Source of the DNA: Candidatus Helarchaeota archaeon
Lineage (GTDB): Archaea > Asgardarchaeota > Lokiarchaeia > Helarchaeales > RDOG01
NCBI GenBank assembly: GCA_029838215.1
Contig: JALGVI010000023.1
Span: 1-36,645, forward strand
DNA length: 36,645 nucleotides
Direction of reading: 5' to 3'
Shown here: positions 26,526 through 36,572 of the stretch, in pieces
Layout of the letters: each line of letters starts with the position of its first letter
Numbering within the stretch: position 1 is the stretch's first letter
Program-made: the position numbers and the translations under genes
The notes under the pieces: model-generated
The model's database searches: none
Told to the model about the DNA's origin: nothing
The model's input: the letters and a program-made list of their open reading frames with translations, nothing else

Positions 26526-27254
26526 CTATTCTTTGGTCGAATATGCAAACAGAATGAGGGAGATAATGATCAAAGAAGAAGAGGTAATGCTTATGGGGAA
26601 ATAAAACCCTATAGAAGTCAAAACGGACTGAATCGTTTCTCCAATCTGTGTATATAGAAATCTTCCAGCAAACCAAATCGTAAACCCTATTCCATTTAAA
26701 AGCGCGTTAATTCGGGGTTGACCGGGAATTAAATAAGCCATCCAGAAAAATAGAACCAAGATCGAAATTGCATAAATCGGGACGATGATTATGTTCACGA
26801 AATAGAATGGATGAGGAGAAAAAATCCAATCGGGTGGTACTATGAAGTACATGACTCCCATAACTATCGGTGGAATGACGTAAACATATCCTAGTTTTTT
26901 AGGAATGGATTCGTTTTCAATGAGCAGTTCTGCAACTACTATAGCCATGCAAGCAAAAGAAAACCACTGAAAACCAACTCCCATTTTTTCAACGATGGGA
27001 TTTTCAACAAAAAAATCATTGATGACGTGAAATACTCTTCCGACAGCGCTAAAAATGAAAAACAAAGAAAAGCTCAACCAATAAATCTGTTGTTCTTCTT
27101 TTGGCTTGAATGCATACCTGTTAAGGAATAAGTAGGTAAACATCAGAAAATAGTAACCAACTGTTAGAACCCAAAACCCAACGGCTATGGCTTCACCCCA
27201 GAGAAGAGGGTATGCTTGAAATTTTGCATCCAAAGTGCCTATCAAAAAAATCAC
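26526..27254 (-). CDS. Stand-alone 7-TM membrane protein
   Basis: Seven hydrophobic segments counted by eye, with intramembrane Arg in TM2 (AVGRVF) and TM6 (FAGRFL). No cytoplasmic output domain. Confidence 0.78.
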   Translation of the reverse strand: MIFLIGTLDAKFQAYPLLWGEAIAVGFWVLTVGYYFLMFTYLFLNRYAFKPKEEQQIYWLSFSLFFIFSAVGRVFHVINDFFVENPIVEKMGVGFQWFSFACMAIVVAELLIENESIPKKLGYVYVIPPIVMGVMYFIVPPDWIFSPHPFYFVNIIIVPIYAISILVLFFWMAYLIPGQPRINALLNGIGFTIWFAGRFLYTQIGETIQSVLTSIGFYFPISITSSSLIIISLILFAYSTKE

Positions 27255-27454
27255 CGCAAAAAATTATTCTATTTGATTTAGTTATTCTTTTTATTAAGTT
27301 TCATTCCATGTCAATATAAGTTTGTTATTTTATTATGTTCAGCTCGTACTTAAATCTAATCGATTGTAATAATTTTTTGCGATAAGAAATGGCAAATTGA
27401 ATAAACTCATCAGAACATTTCAATGCCTTCAAACAATCAGGAGCAATATCTGTT

Positions 27455-28018
27455 TCAATTAGAAAAAAATGACCATATATTTTGTTTCCACGTATCATAC
27501 ATTAAGCTCAGATTTCTAAATAGCTCCTTTTCCTCGAAGGTGAGCTTTTTTACGAATTTTTCTGCTTCTTTTAATGTAATGATTTTTAATATCTTATATG
27601 ATCTTCGTTCAATAATGGTTTCAATTAAATTCTTTATTTGCCGTCCCTTTTCAAAGGATTCAAGTTTTTCTTTATTTGCTTCTTTTAAACTCTCTTCGAT
27701 CAAGTAGTTCGTTAGCAAGTAAAAACTCTGTTCTAATTTTTGCAATTCAGTATTATTTTCTTCTTTCCAGAGAACTCTATCGAGGTCGGATATATCTATA
27801 ATTTTTGGGTGAAGCACTTCAATTCGTTCATCGTGGAGGAATTTTTTTACTTTCCAGAATTCCAAGGTTGTTTCCGTCTTGGGAGATAGGACGTTCAGTA
27901 CCTTCCCATCTTCCGAAATTACTGGAATTTCCTTCAATACCCTCACTCTAAACTTCATGTTATTCCAGTAGATATTAAAGACACGATTTATTCCTCTATA
28001 TAGCATGTTGATCTCCAT
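27455..28018 (-). CDS. GINS subunit, Gins23/Psf2-type (B domain before A domain)
   Basis: N-terminal beta B domain (VRVLKEIP...ETTLEFWKVKKF...IEV), then helical A domain (LQKLEQSFY, IERRSYKILK, KLTFEEKELF). Confidence 0.75.
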   Translation of the reverse strand: MEINMLYRGINRVFNIYWNNMKFRVRVLKEIPVISEDGKVLNVLSPKTETTLEFWKVKKFLHDERIEVLHPKIIDISDLDRVLWKEENNTELQKLEQSFYLLTNYLIEESLKEANKEKLESFEKGRQIKNLIETIIERRSYKILKIITLKEAEKFVKKLTFEEKELFRNLSLMYDTWKQNIWSFFSN

Positions 28019-28042
28019 GATCAGAATTTTTTTCGATCAATC

Positions 28043-31000
28043 TTAGATTAAAACGAATTCGACTTCACTAGAGTTCTTGTCTTGGTTTATTTTTACTTCT
28101 TTCGCATCGGAATAAAATGACGGACCTAAAACGTTTCGGAAAAGCTTGATATTACCTTCTTGCTCAGAAACAAAGCCAACGACTTCATCTGGCTCAAGTG
28201 CTGCTGGCGCAATTAGCATCTCTTCAGAATCTCTCAATGCGCCGTAATATAACTTATAATTTGTTAGTTGCCAAATCCTAATGTTTGGAAACGTTAATAA
28301 TTTATTGACGAGTATGTTTATTTTCGACAAGTCAAAATCGGAAAAAATGTGAACTCTCACGTGCTCGGGGATATCTTGAAAGACCTCATCGGGAAAACTC
28401 GCCAAATCGGGAATGATTATTGTAATTGAACTCCTTGCCCTCTTTATCATCTCAATAATATGAGCATTCACGCGATTGGCTGAGGTAATGGTCCATGTCT
28501 TATCCATTCCCGTATCTGACATTTTTTCAACTTCATTCCACGTTTCTTGTAAGATATTTTTGACGTCCTTGACTTCAACATCAACCTCTCTAAAATCATC
28601 TTGAATTTTCCTAATGACTTCATCTACTCCAAGCGAAGTAGTTGAACGCAGTTTACCCAAACCCGAATCTATCATGTACTGTAAGTCATCAATAGTCTTA
28701 GAATAGTTGGATAACAATCTTCCTGACTTCATTTCAAGCTCTTGCTCAAATAATTGAACCATGTTTTTCAAGGAATCAAAATGATTTAATAGCTGTGTTT
28801 TTATTTCAGAGGATAATTCCACCGAGTCTTGTTTTGCGTCTTTTAAGAATGTGGAAAATTCTGCAGTCAGAATTTCAATGCCAGATTTGGATATCGCCTC
28901 TAATTTGTCAAAAAGGTCATCTGCTGCAGTAAATATTAATTTCTGAACATTTCTTGCAAAGATGTCATATTCTTCCAAGAATTGAGGCATGATGTTTGAC
29001 ATCTTCTTTTCAATTGGAGCAATTTTTTTTCCATATAATGAAGAATTCCCGTTAATAACTAATTCAATTGAATTTCTCGTTCTATCTAATCCTGTATTTA
29101 GTGCTGATGATTTAAATTCGACGATTTGTTTCTTTAATTGGTCTTTTCTAAGCTCAAAGTTTTGGTGAAATGCCTGTAAACTGGTTCTGAAATCATCGAT
29201 TAAGGTGTTTTTTATCCCCGTCTGCTCCTCCTGAATCTTCAAAATGTTCTTTTCAGTTAATTCATTCATTCGAATTTCATTTTCACGTGTTATGTCCTTC
29301 AATTGATTTTTCATGTGTGAATAGACATCATCTTTACCACGTTCAATACCATCAATGGTTCTTTCGAATGCCTTCATTAGTTTCGCATGTTGTACTTTAA
29401 AATCATCTTCAATTTCAGTAAACGTTTCTATAATTAATTCCATTTTTTCTGAAAATGATTGTTCTAAGTCCACCCGAGTTCTTTTAGTCGAGCTCGTCAA
29501 TTTTTCTGAGAATTGTGAGAGCTTCTCAAATGACTCTTGCATTTCAAGAATTTTTTCTTGCCAAGTCGAGAGCGTTTCCGTCAAGTTATTTGAAAGTTCG
29601 GCATTCAGTGCCTTATTTGATGTTTGAACTTGTTTAAATGAATTTCGAATTATCTTTGAAATCTCGTTTGAAACGTTGTCAAACTTAGATTTACTGGTAT
29701 TTATCCGATCTCCGATAACCGTGTTGATGCTAACAATTATATTGTTAAGGAACTGCTCGCTATTAATGGTTTCTTTCGCTATCGCCTCATTAAATGTAGA
29801 TTTCAAGGTTTCTGAAAGCATTCCAAAATCCGTAGCATGTTTATCAAGAGAATTCGTGAGATTGTCTTTGATCAAAAATGATGATTGCTTGAGCATTTGA
29901 AGATAACGATTAAATTCTTCTGAAATTTTCGATTCGAATTTCTGAACTTCTCTCAACGTTTTCATCTTTTTCTCCATGCTTGTCTTAAAATTATCTCTAA
30001 ATGCAGTCAATTTTTCATTTATGGCGGTTAAATGAGAAGTAATGGATGATGTCAATCTTTTTTGAACGGTTCCCAGTAAATCCTTAACCAGTGAATGTTG
30101 TTTTGTTGAGGAATCGAAGATCCTTTTTTGCATCTTATCTATGAATTGTTGAAAGGAGTCTGAAAACTCTTGAATTAACAAGTCAGTAGCTTCATTGCCT
30201 TTTTGATAATTCTGTTCTAATGTTTCGATTCGATCCGTTAGATTTTTATCGAAATTCTCTCTAAAAACTGCCATCTCGGTATTAAATGCTTCGAGTGATT
30301 CAGTTATATAAGATACTGTATCATTTTTTATTTCTTTTATGCTTGAATTAATTCGTTTTAGTTCATCTATTACTCGATTCCTAAATTGAATCTCAAAGCT
30401 CTCTTCTTCTCGTAAAATGTTATCAATTTGGGAATCTATTATTTTTTGAATGATGTCTTTTAACTCAAAGACTTGTTTTTCAAAATCTTCTGAATTTTCG
30501 GATAACTTGTCTGAAATCTGATTCTTTAAGCCGCTAAAACTTGATTTCATGCTTATGATTTTTTCTTGGAAAATCGTAGAAGTATTGGTCAAATATTCAT
30601 TAAATTCCGACTGTATGCTTTCTAGATGTTCCTTTAAATTTTGATCTATTGTTAAAATCATGTTCGTACGGTTTTTTTCATCAAGTTTTTGATTTTGCAA
30701 TATCATGTCTGTGAGTTTTTTGTCTAAATCCTGCATGAATGTATTCGAGAAAGCACTAAATTCGTTAATTCGACCTCGAAGTTTTTCTTGTAAGTCTTTG
30801 ATTAAATCCGAGTAAATCGTTAAATTTTGAGATAAGAACTCATTAAATTGGTTTTCAACATCTTCCTTTATTTCATCAACCGCCATTTTTTGGATTTGCA
30901 TCAAATTCTTAACAGAATCGATTCGACCAACTGATTTATCTTGAATCATCTTTATTAAAGATTTTATCAAATGTTGTTCTCTTTCCCTAATTTTCTTCAA

Positions 31001-32002
31001 TGTTTCATCTACACTTCGCAAGAAGCTCTTTATCGTGCCGATTTGTTGACTTTTTAACTCCGAAGAATTCTTTTGATAAAATTCTAATACACGGGGAAAA
31101 AACTTGATAAGCTGTCTTTCAATCGTTGAAAAAATACTATCTAGAGTTTTATTATGTTCTTTCAACAAATCTAATGCCGATTTCTCAAGATTTCCAGATA
31201 GGTCTTCAATTTCAGATGCAATATTTGAAAGAGATTGAAATAACTTATTCTTTAACTCTAAGCTTTCATCTTGAAATAATTTTAACGAATTTTGAAGATT
31301 TGAGGATAAAATTTCAAATTGATTTTTAATATTCTCTTTTTGAGGGGCAATTAATTCTAATGCTTTCTCTTCTAAAGCGTCTTTTTTCGATAATTTGATT
31401 TTTTTAATTTCATTTAATCGATCCGTAAATTGATCAGTAAAAGTGTTTTTGATCTTGTTCATGCGAGATTCAAAAACATTAAGATATTCTGAAAACATGC
31501 TTACTAACCGATTATTGAGCCTGATTGAGTTCTTATCGATCTCCTCAAAAGTAGATTGAGCCAGTCTGGATTGGTCATCCGTAAAGCCCCCTGAGTCTGA
31601 TAATAATTCCTTTTGGTATTCCAACTTCTTTTTTATCTCATCAATTTGTTTTTCGACATTCTCATGCATTGCATCTGACAATCTGCTAGAAAATTCTCTG
31701 ATATCATCGTGAATTTTCTTAAAGAATGTTTCTAGCCTTTCTATCTCAAGTAGAAATCCTTGATATGGAGGCAAGGCACGATATCGCTGAGCCTTTCCAG
31801 GTAATTTCTTGATGAGCTTCAACTTTTCTAATTCTTCCACGGTCGTCTTCAGACGATTCAAGTCTTCTCCACTCAAGATAGAGAGTTCTCCAACCGAAAT
31901 ATTTCCATTTTGTAAGATTAAACTGAGAACTTTAGCTTGATTTTCGTCAAGTTCATAAGTTTTTTTAAGTAATTTATTAAGGGCTTCGGACATAATTACC
32001 AC
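28043..32002 (-). CDS. TrmB-family protein with about 1,070-aa amphipathic helical/coiled-coil insertion
   Basis: N-terminal TrmB wHTH (LDENQAKVLSLIL..G..SVGELSILSG...LEKLKLI...QRYRALPP). C-terminal TrmB-type alpha/beta domain from W1170 (AHIIEMIKRARSSITIIIP...ALRDSEEMLIAP). The middle is rich in E/K/L/F/S with very few Pro or Gly. Confidence 0.8.
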   Translation of the reverse strand: MVIMSEALNKLLKKTYELDENQAKVLSLILQNGNISVGELSILSGEDLNRLKTTVEELEKLKLIKKLPGKAQRYRALPPYQGFLLEIERLETFFKKIHDDIREFSSRLSDAMHENVEKQIDEIKKKLEYQKELLSDSGGFTDDQSRLAQSTFEEIDKNSIRLNNRLVSMFSEYLNVFESRMNKIKNTFTDQFTDRLNEIKKIKLSKKDALEEKALELIAPQKENIKNQFEILSSNLQNSLKLFQDESLELKNKLFQSLSNIASEIEDLSGNLEKSALDLLKEHNKTLDSIFSTIERQLIKFFPRVLEFYQKNSSELKSQQIGTIKSFLRSVDETLKKIREREQHLIKSLIKMIQDKSVGRIDSVKNLMQIQKMAVDEIKEDVENQFNEFLSQNLTIYSDLIKDLQEKLRGRINEFSAFSNTFMQDLDKKLTDMILQNQKLDEKNRTNMILTIDQNLKEHLESIQSEFNEYLTNTSTIFQEKIISMKSSFSGLKNQISDKLSENSEDFEKQVFELKDIIQKIIDSQIDNILREEESFEIQFRNRVIDELKRINSSIKEIKNDTVSYITESLEAFNTEMAVFRENFDKNLTDRIETLEQNYQKGNEATDLLIQEFSDSFQQFIDKMQKRIFDSSTKQHSLVKDLLGTVQKRLTSSITSHLTAINEKLTAFRDNFKTSMEKKMKTLREVQKFESKISEEFNRYLQMLKQSSFLIKDNLTNSLDKHATDFGMLSETLKSTFNEAIAKETINSEQFLNNIIVSINTVIGDRINTSKSKFDNVSNEISKIIRNSFKQVQTSNKALNAELSNNLTETLSTWQEKILEMQESFEKLSQFSEKLTSSTKRTRVDLEQSFSEKMELIIETFTEIEDDFKVQHAKLMKAFERTIDGIERGKDDVYSHMKNQLKDITRENEIRMNELTEKNILKIQEEQTGIKNTLIDDFRTSLQAFHQNFELRKDQLKKQIVEFKSSALNTGLDRTRNSIELVINGNSSLYGKKIAPIEKKMSNIMPQFLEEYDIFARNVQKLIFTAADDLFDKLEAISKSGIEILTAEFSTFLKDAKQDSVELSSEIKTQLLNHFDSLKNMVQLFEQELEMKSGRLLSNYSKTIDDLQYMIDSGLGKLRSTTSLGVDEVIRKIQDDFREVDVEVKDVKNILQETWNEVEKMSDTGMDKTWTITSANRVNAHIIEMIKRARSSITIIIPDLASFPDEVFQDIPEHVRVHIFSDFDLSKINILVNKLLTFPNIRIWQLTNYKLYYGALRDSEEMLIAPAALEPDEVVGFVSEQEGNIKLFRNVLGPSFYSDAKEVKINQDKNSSEVEFVLI

Positions 32003-32008
32003 TACTCT

Positions 32009-32869
32009 CTACTCGCGTAAGAGTTCATTTACGATGTTGAAAATTTTAAGGATTCTTGAAATTGGGTACTGGATCTTTTTCCAATTTAAATGGTTTGGTG
32101 TTTTTAAATCAATTAGCAAGTGTAACGCTTTTTTAATGTTGTAATAATATACGTGTGAAGAATGTTTCAATAGAGCATTACGTGTTTCTTCGATTTTCTT
32201 GTTTACGTTTTTAATTCTTTTTGGATCATCGAATTTAAATTCTAGATACCACCAACCTAACATCTCAACATTAATGAGCAAGTTTAGGTCATAAAATGAT
32301 TCAAGTATATTAAGAACATCTTGCAATTCTGATTCGTCAATTGGAAATTCATTTTGCAAATTTAAAGTCACGATGCCTGTTTCAAAGTCAATTTTATTAA
32401 GCCTACCTTCATATATATATATAAAACTCTTGTTTGGTTCAATTTGAAAGAAAAATTTTTCATCTTTTCGGCTGAACTTTAATTCTAATGCATCACAAAT
32501 TTTATCAGGACTTTTTTTTGCCAATTTTTTTTCTCCAAGAAGTTCCAAGAAATCCATCAAATAGAGTTTGGAATCTTCAACCTCAACAATATAAGGTTTA
32601 CCTTTCAAGTAATTCTCGATGTTTCTCTTATGTTGCGTGTAGCAGAAGGCAGGAAGATCACCCGGTTTTACTTGTAGATCAATTAAAACGTTAATATATT
32701 TGCGATTTTCACAATGTGGTTGAAGAGCGCATTCGATTCGGTATTTCATGCAATTTTCACATTTTTGCCGCATTAATTCTAAGAATTCCTTTGCAATGTA
32801 ATTAACGCTCTTTAAATCATCGCTTCTTTTTAGGTATTTTGACAAGCTTTCTGAATATTTTCGAGACAT
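32009..32869 (-). CDS. Hypothetical protein with N-terminal Cys cluster (putative Fe-S or Zn site)
   Basis: C37-X2-C40-X6-C47-X5-C53, plus C76-X3-H80. Ends 6 nt before the start of the TrmB-coil gene. Confidence 0.78.
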   Translation of the reverse strand: MSRKYSESLSKYLKRSDDLKSVNYIAKEFLELMRQKCENCMKYRIECALQPHCENRKYINVLIDLQVKPGDLPAFCYTQHKRNIENYLKGKPYIVEVEDSKLYLMDFLELLGEKKLAKKSPDKICDALELKFSRKDEKFFFQIEPNKSFIYIYEGRLNKIDFETGIVTLNLQNEFPIDESELQDVLNILESFYDLNLLINVEMLGWWYLEFKFDDPKRIKNVNKKIEETRNALLKHSSHVYYYNIKKALHLLIDLKTPNHLNWKKIQYPISRILKIFNIVNELLRE

Positions 32870-33159
32870 TTCATTTCACCAAAGTTGCTATAAACATGCA
32901 TGTTTGAGGAAATCCTCGTGCTTTCCTTCAAAATTCCGTTTTTAAAGCTCTTGAAAGGATAATTTAACCGAGTAATTTCGATTAAAACCGTGATTTGGAG
33001 ACGATAAGATGAAAATCGCATCCGTGGTGTCACATGACTACCAAAAATAGTGATTCTCTGATAATAATACTAATAATATTCCAATATATATATCACGGCA
33101 GGAGCTTGCTACGATCTATAGAGAGATCCTCGTTGCAAAAAAAGAATGGAAAATGGTTT

Positions 33160-36132
33160 TTAAGATTCATAAGTAAAGATTTTGGACATCTTTTTCTTCG
33201 CTCTCTTTTCGGTCTCACGCAAAATCCACTTGAAAACTTCAGACGTTACTATAACTGTCGCAGAAATTGCAAGAATCAAGATCCAATCCAAAATACTTAG
33301 CGGAATCGTCCCGAAAGCGAAGTTCATGGGAGGTAAATAAACAACTACAAGTTGCAAGACAAAAGAACTAATGACCGCAATCCACAAGGATCTATTTTGT
33401 GTCTTGATCTTGAAAACGGACAAGCGCTGAGACCTACAAGCAAAAACATTGTATAACTGAAACATCACTAGCGTTGTAAAAGCAAGAGTCATTGCCCAAT
33501 AAGCAAATGGAAATATTTTTTTCGGCGTGAAAAGCCATCCCTGGTTCATCAGAAAGAAATTTTGTGAAAATAAAAGTTGCATCACGGGTGGTAAGGATCC
33601 GAAGTTGTAATAGATAACCTGTCCAAAAGATAATCCATATACAAATATGGATAATGTACCAATACACATCGTTATTCCTACAACTATCATGTTTACAAAC
33701 ATCTTGCGTGGAACCACGCTCTCATTTGGATCTCTGGGCATTCTTTCCATTAAATCAGGATCTGGAGGATCTAACGACATTGCAGTAGCAGGTAAGCCAT
33801 CCGTTACTAAATTTATCCAAAGAATACTAATGGCAGTAAGCGGCAATACATAGACGATCCCTTCTGCTGGTGAAAAATAGGAGAACCCAAGTATGATCCC
33901 GAAAAACATTGTAAATATCTCCCCAGTATTGCTGGATAACAGGTAGAAAATGAATTTCCGTATGTTATCATAGATACCTCTCCCTTCCTCAACGGCATTG
34001 ACAATTGTCGCAAAATTATCATCTGTTAATATCATGTCACTTGCTTCTTTAGTTACATCTGTTCCCGTGATGCCCATTGCAATTCCAATATCTGCATTTT
34101 TAAGGGCCGGTGCATCATTTACGCCATCCCCTGTCATTGCAACAACGTTACCAAGACTTTTCAAGGCATTGCAAATCCTGACTTTATGCTCTGGGGAAGT
34201 TCGTGCAAAAACCGAAACACGGTCAACTTTCTTGACGAGCTCTTCATCAGAAATTTGATTCAATTCCGTACCCGTCATCGAATGGATGATGCCGTGGTCC
34301 AAGCCCAATTCTTTAGCTATTGCCACGGCGGTTTCTTTATTATCTCCCGTGATCATTTTCGCCTTCATCCCTGCTCGCTCGACCTTGATCAAGGCCTCCT
34401 TGACTTCCTCACGTGGCGGATCAATCATTCCACTAAGTCCTACAAAAATCAAGTCATGCTCGATTTCAACATCATAATTTTCCTGCTTTGGAACTTCCCT
34501 ATAAGCATAAGCCAAAACACGGAGGGCAGAATTTGCCAACTCCGAATTCATGCCTAGGATTCTTTGAACATGCTCATCCTTGATGGAAATTACGTTCCCA
34601 TCAATAAGAATTTGAGAACATTCTTTTAAGATCCGTTCGGGGGCTCCTTTCACGTATGCAAGTATTTTTCCATCAACAGGATGAATGGTGGTCATGCGCT
34701 TTCGGTCACTATCAAAAGGAACTTCTCCAATTCGTGGAAATTGTAATTCTAAATCTTCTTTCCATAAATTCTTCTTTCCTGCAGCCGTTAATAACGCTCC
34801 TTCTGTTGGATCACCAATGATTTTCCAAGTATCTTTATTTTCTGGATCTCGAACTAATGACGCATCATTACACAATGCTGCAATCATGAGTAGCAATTTT
34901 AAATCTGGATTTTGTTCTAAAAGAACTTCTTCGTTTTGATAAAATATATGACCCGTTGGATCATAGCCCCCTCCAGTGACATCCAATAAGTGATTATCAA
35001 CGAAAATCTTACGAACTGTCATTTCATTTTGAGTCAATGTTCCTGTCTTGTCAGAACAGATGACCATGGCACATCCTAACGTTTCGACAGCAGGAAGCTT
35101 TCGTATGATGGCGTTTTTCTCAACCATTCTTTTAACTCCAAGGCTTAAGGAAATCGTTACGATGGCAGGCAATCCTTCAGGTACGGCTGCTACGGCAAGT
35201 CCAACCGCTGCCGTAAACATTTCTAAGACTCCTTCTAATAAATTACCACTAAACATGTATGCTACTAGACTATCTGCATGAATGATCAATAGGCGTATGA
35301 AACCTGCAAGAAATACGACAAAACAAATCAAAATTATTATCATTCCCAAAGATTTTCCTAATTTATCCAACTTCTTTTGTAATGGTGTTTGTTTTTCTTC
35401 AGCTGTCTGAATCATTTCTGCAATCTTTCCAATCTCTGTATTCATTCCCGTGGCAACAACTATTCCCTTTCCACGCCCATACGTTACGATTGTTGATGAA
35501 TATGCCATGTTTTTTCTTTGAGTTATGGGAACTAGTGCATCTGGGATTATGTCTGTATTTTTTTTGGTCGACACGGATTCCCCTGTTAAAGAAGCCTCTT
35601 CAATTTTCAAATTAATTGTTTCGATCAATCTGATATCTGCCGATATTTTATCTCCTGTATTGAGAAGGAGAATATCTCCCGGAACTAATTCCCTGCTCCA
35701 TATCTCAACCTGTTCTCCATTTCGAATTACCTTTGCATGGGGGGCAGCAAGTTTTTTGAGTGCCTCTAACGACTTCTCTGAACTATACTCCTGTTTTGTA
35801 CCAATGACTGCATTGGCAATTATTATTGCGGCAATTACAATGATATCGATCCATTCCGTGGCATGCAACAAATCTTGGTGTTGGATAAAAATTTCATATA
35901 AGAAAATAATGAAGGAGATGATCATTGCTGCAATCAAGAGAATTATTAAAAAATCTTTAAATTGATTAAAAAACATCTCCCAAATGGTTTTTCTTTTCTT
36001 TTCTTTTATTTCATTAAAACCATAATGCTCTATCCGCCGTGAGACTTCATCACTAGATAAACCTTTATCAGATGTACTTAAAATTTCGAAGATCTCATCC
36101 GGAGCTTTTGTATGATATGCAACTGCTTCCAT
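33160..36132 (-). CDS. P-type IIA (SERCA-like) cation ATPase, probably Ca2+ or Mn2+
   Basis: TGES, PEGL, phosphorylation site [28 protein letters not shown]5 SSNTGE and M6 WINLVTD. ATG 36132 is preferred over the track's TTG 36174. Confidence 0.95.
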   Translation of the reverse strand: MEAVAYHTKAPDEIFEILSTSDKGLSSDEVSRRIEHYGFNEIKEKKRKTIWEMFFNQFKDFLIILLIAAMIISFIIFLYEIFIQHQDLLHATEWIDIIVIAAIIIANAVIGTKQEYSSEKSLEALKKLAAPHAKVIRNGEQVEIWSRELVPGDILLLNTGDKISADIRLIETINLKIEEASLTGESVSTKKNTDIIPDALVPITQRKNMAYSSTIVTYGRGKGIVVATGMNTEIGKIAEMIQTAEEKQTPLQKKLDKLGKSLGMIIILICFVVFLAGFIRLLIIHADSLVAYMFSGNLLEGVLEMFTAAVGLAVAAVPEGLPAIVTISLSLGVKRMVEKNAIIRKLPAVETLGCAMVICSDKTGTLTQNEMTVRKIFVDNHLLDVTGGGYDPTGHIFYQNEEVLLEQNPDLKLLLMIAALCNDASLVRDPENKDTWKIIGDPTEGALLTAAGKKNLWKEDLELQFPRIGEVPFDSDRKRMTTIHPVDGKILAYVKGAPERILKECSQILIDGNVISIKDEHVQRILGMNSELANSALRVLAYAYREVPKQENYDVEIEHDLIFVGLSGMIDPPREEVKEALIKVERAGMKAKMITGDNKETAVAIAKELGLDHGIIHSMTGTELNQISDEELVKKVDRVSVFARTSPEHKVRICNALKSLGNVVAMTGDGVNDAPALKNADIGIAMGITGTDVTKEASDMILTDDNFATIVNAVEEGRGIYDNIRKFIFYLLSSNTGEIFTMFFGIILGFSYFSPAEGIVYVLPLTAISILWINLVTDGLPATAMSLDPPDPDLMERMPRDPNESVVPRKMFVNMIVVGITMCIGTLSIFVYGLSFGQVIYYNFGSLPPVMQLLFSQNFFLMNQGWLFTPKKIFPFAYWAMTLAFTTLVMFQLYNVFACRSQRLSVFKIKTQNRSLWIAVISSFVLQLVVVYLPPMNFAFGTIPLSILDWILILAISATVIVTSEVFKWILRETEKRAKKKMSKIFTYES

Positions 36133-36413
36133 ACTAAGTTTGGTTTTTGTTTCGACCACTTGAAAGTCCCTCAAAATAAATTCATTATGTGATTTTAGTT
36201 AACTTCATTTATCTCGATTCAATTAATAAATATTTTAAAAAACAAATCACTTTTTAACTTTATGAAATGGGATCGAAGTCCGTTATGTTTTATCTCGTTA
36301 TAACTAGAAGTAGCTCCACGTGGTGTATGCTCTCTAAGAGTTCTTTCATTCTATGCTTGAAGTATTACGATTGTCGTTTTGCTCGAATTTCTTCATTTTA
36401 TTTTTATGTTTTA

Positions 36414-36572
36414 AGTGACTGCCGCGATCACAAACGATTCTTCTCCATTTTTTTATAAATGTGGTTTTTATTTGCATGAGATCCAGAGATTGCAGCAGTC
36501 ACTATTATTCATGGCTTTTAAAAAACTCATGAATTAGGCTGGTCAGAAATTCAGAGCTGACCGTTTTCGCCC
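36414..36572. other. Cluster of three adjacent stem-loops (possible structured RNA or terminator region)
   Basis: AGTGACTGC-C-GCGATC (36414-36429) / GATTGC-A-GCAGTCACT (36488-36503); ATTCATG / CATGAAT (36507-36534); GGC-T-GGTCAG / CTGACC-GTTTTC-GCC (36537-36571). Confidence 0.4.

Noticed and set aside
26526-27254. Rhodopsin or heliorhodopsin
   Set aside because: TM7 (SITSSSLIIISLILFAYS) has no Lys for a retinal Schiff base.
28043-32002. SMC/Rad50 ATPase, or PLD-type nuclease at the C-terminus
   Set aside because: No Walker A/B, signature motif, hinge or CxxC hook, and no HxK(x4)D motif in the C-terminal domain.
32830-33300. 67-aa and 88-aa ORFs and short hairpins (GAGGAAATCCTC; GATCT..AGATC) between the Cys4 gene and the ATPase
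   Set aside because: Both ORFs overlap real genes and lack motifs; the stems are short enough to arise by chance.
36307-36314. GAAGTAGC resembling the yybP-ykoY Mn2+ riboswitch core (GGGGAGUAGC)
   Set aside because: On the wrong strand relative to the ATPase, lacks the G-run, and no second conserved loop was found.
1205-36458. The many other 60-146 aa track ORFs overlapping long genes (e.g. 5393-5806, 5927-6280, 14426-14809, 25029-25370, 34186-34557, 35525-35965)
   Set aside because: Antisense or off-frame shadows of well-supported genes, with no motifs of their own.
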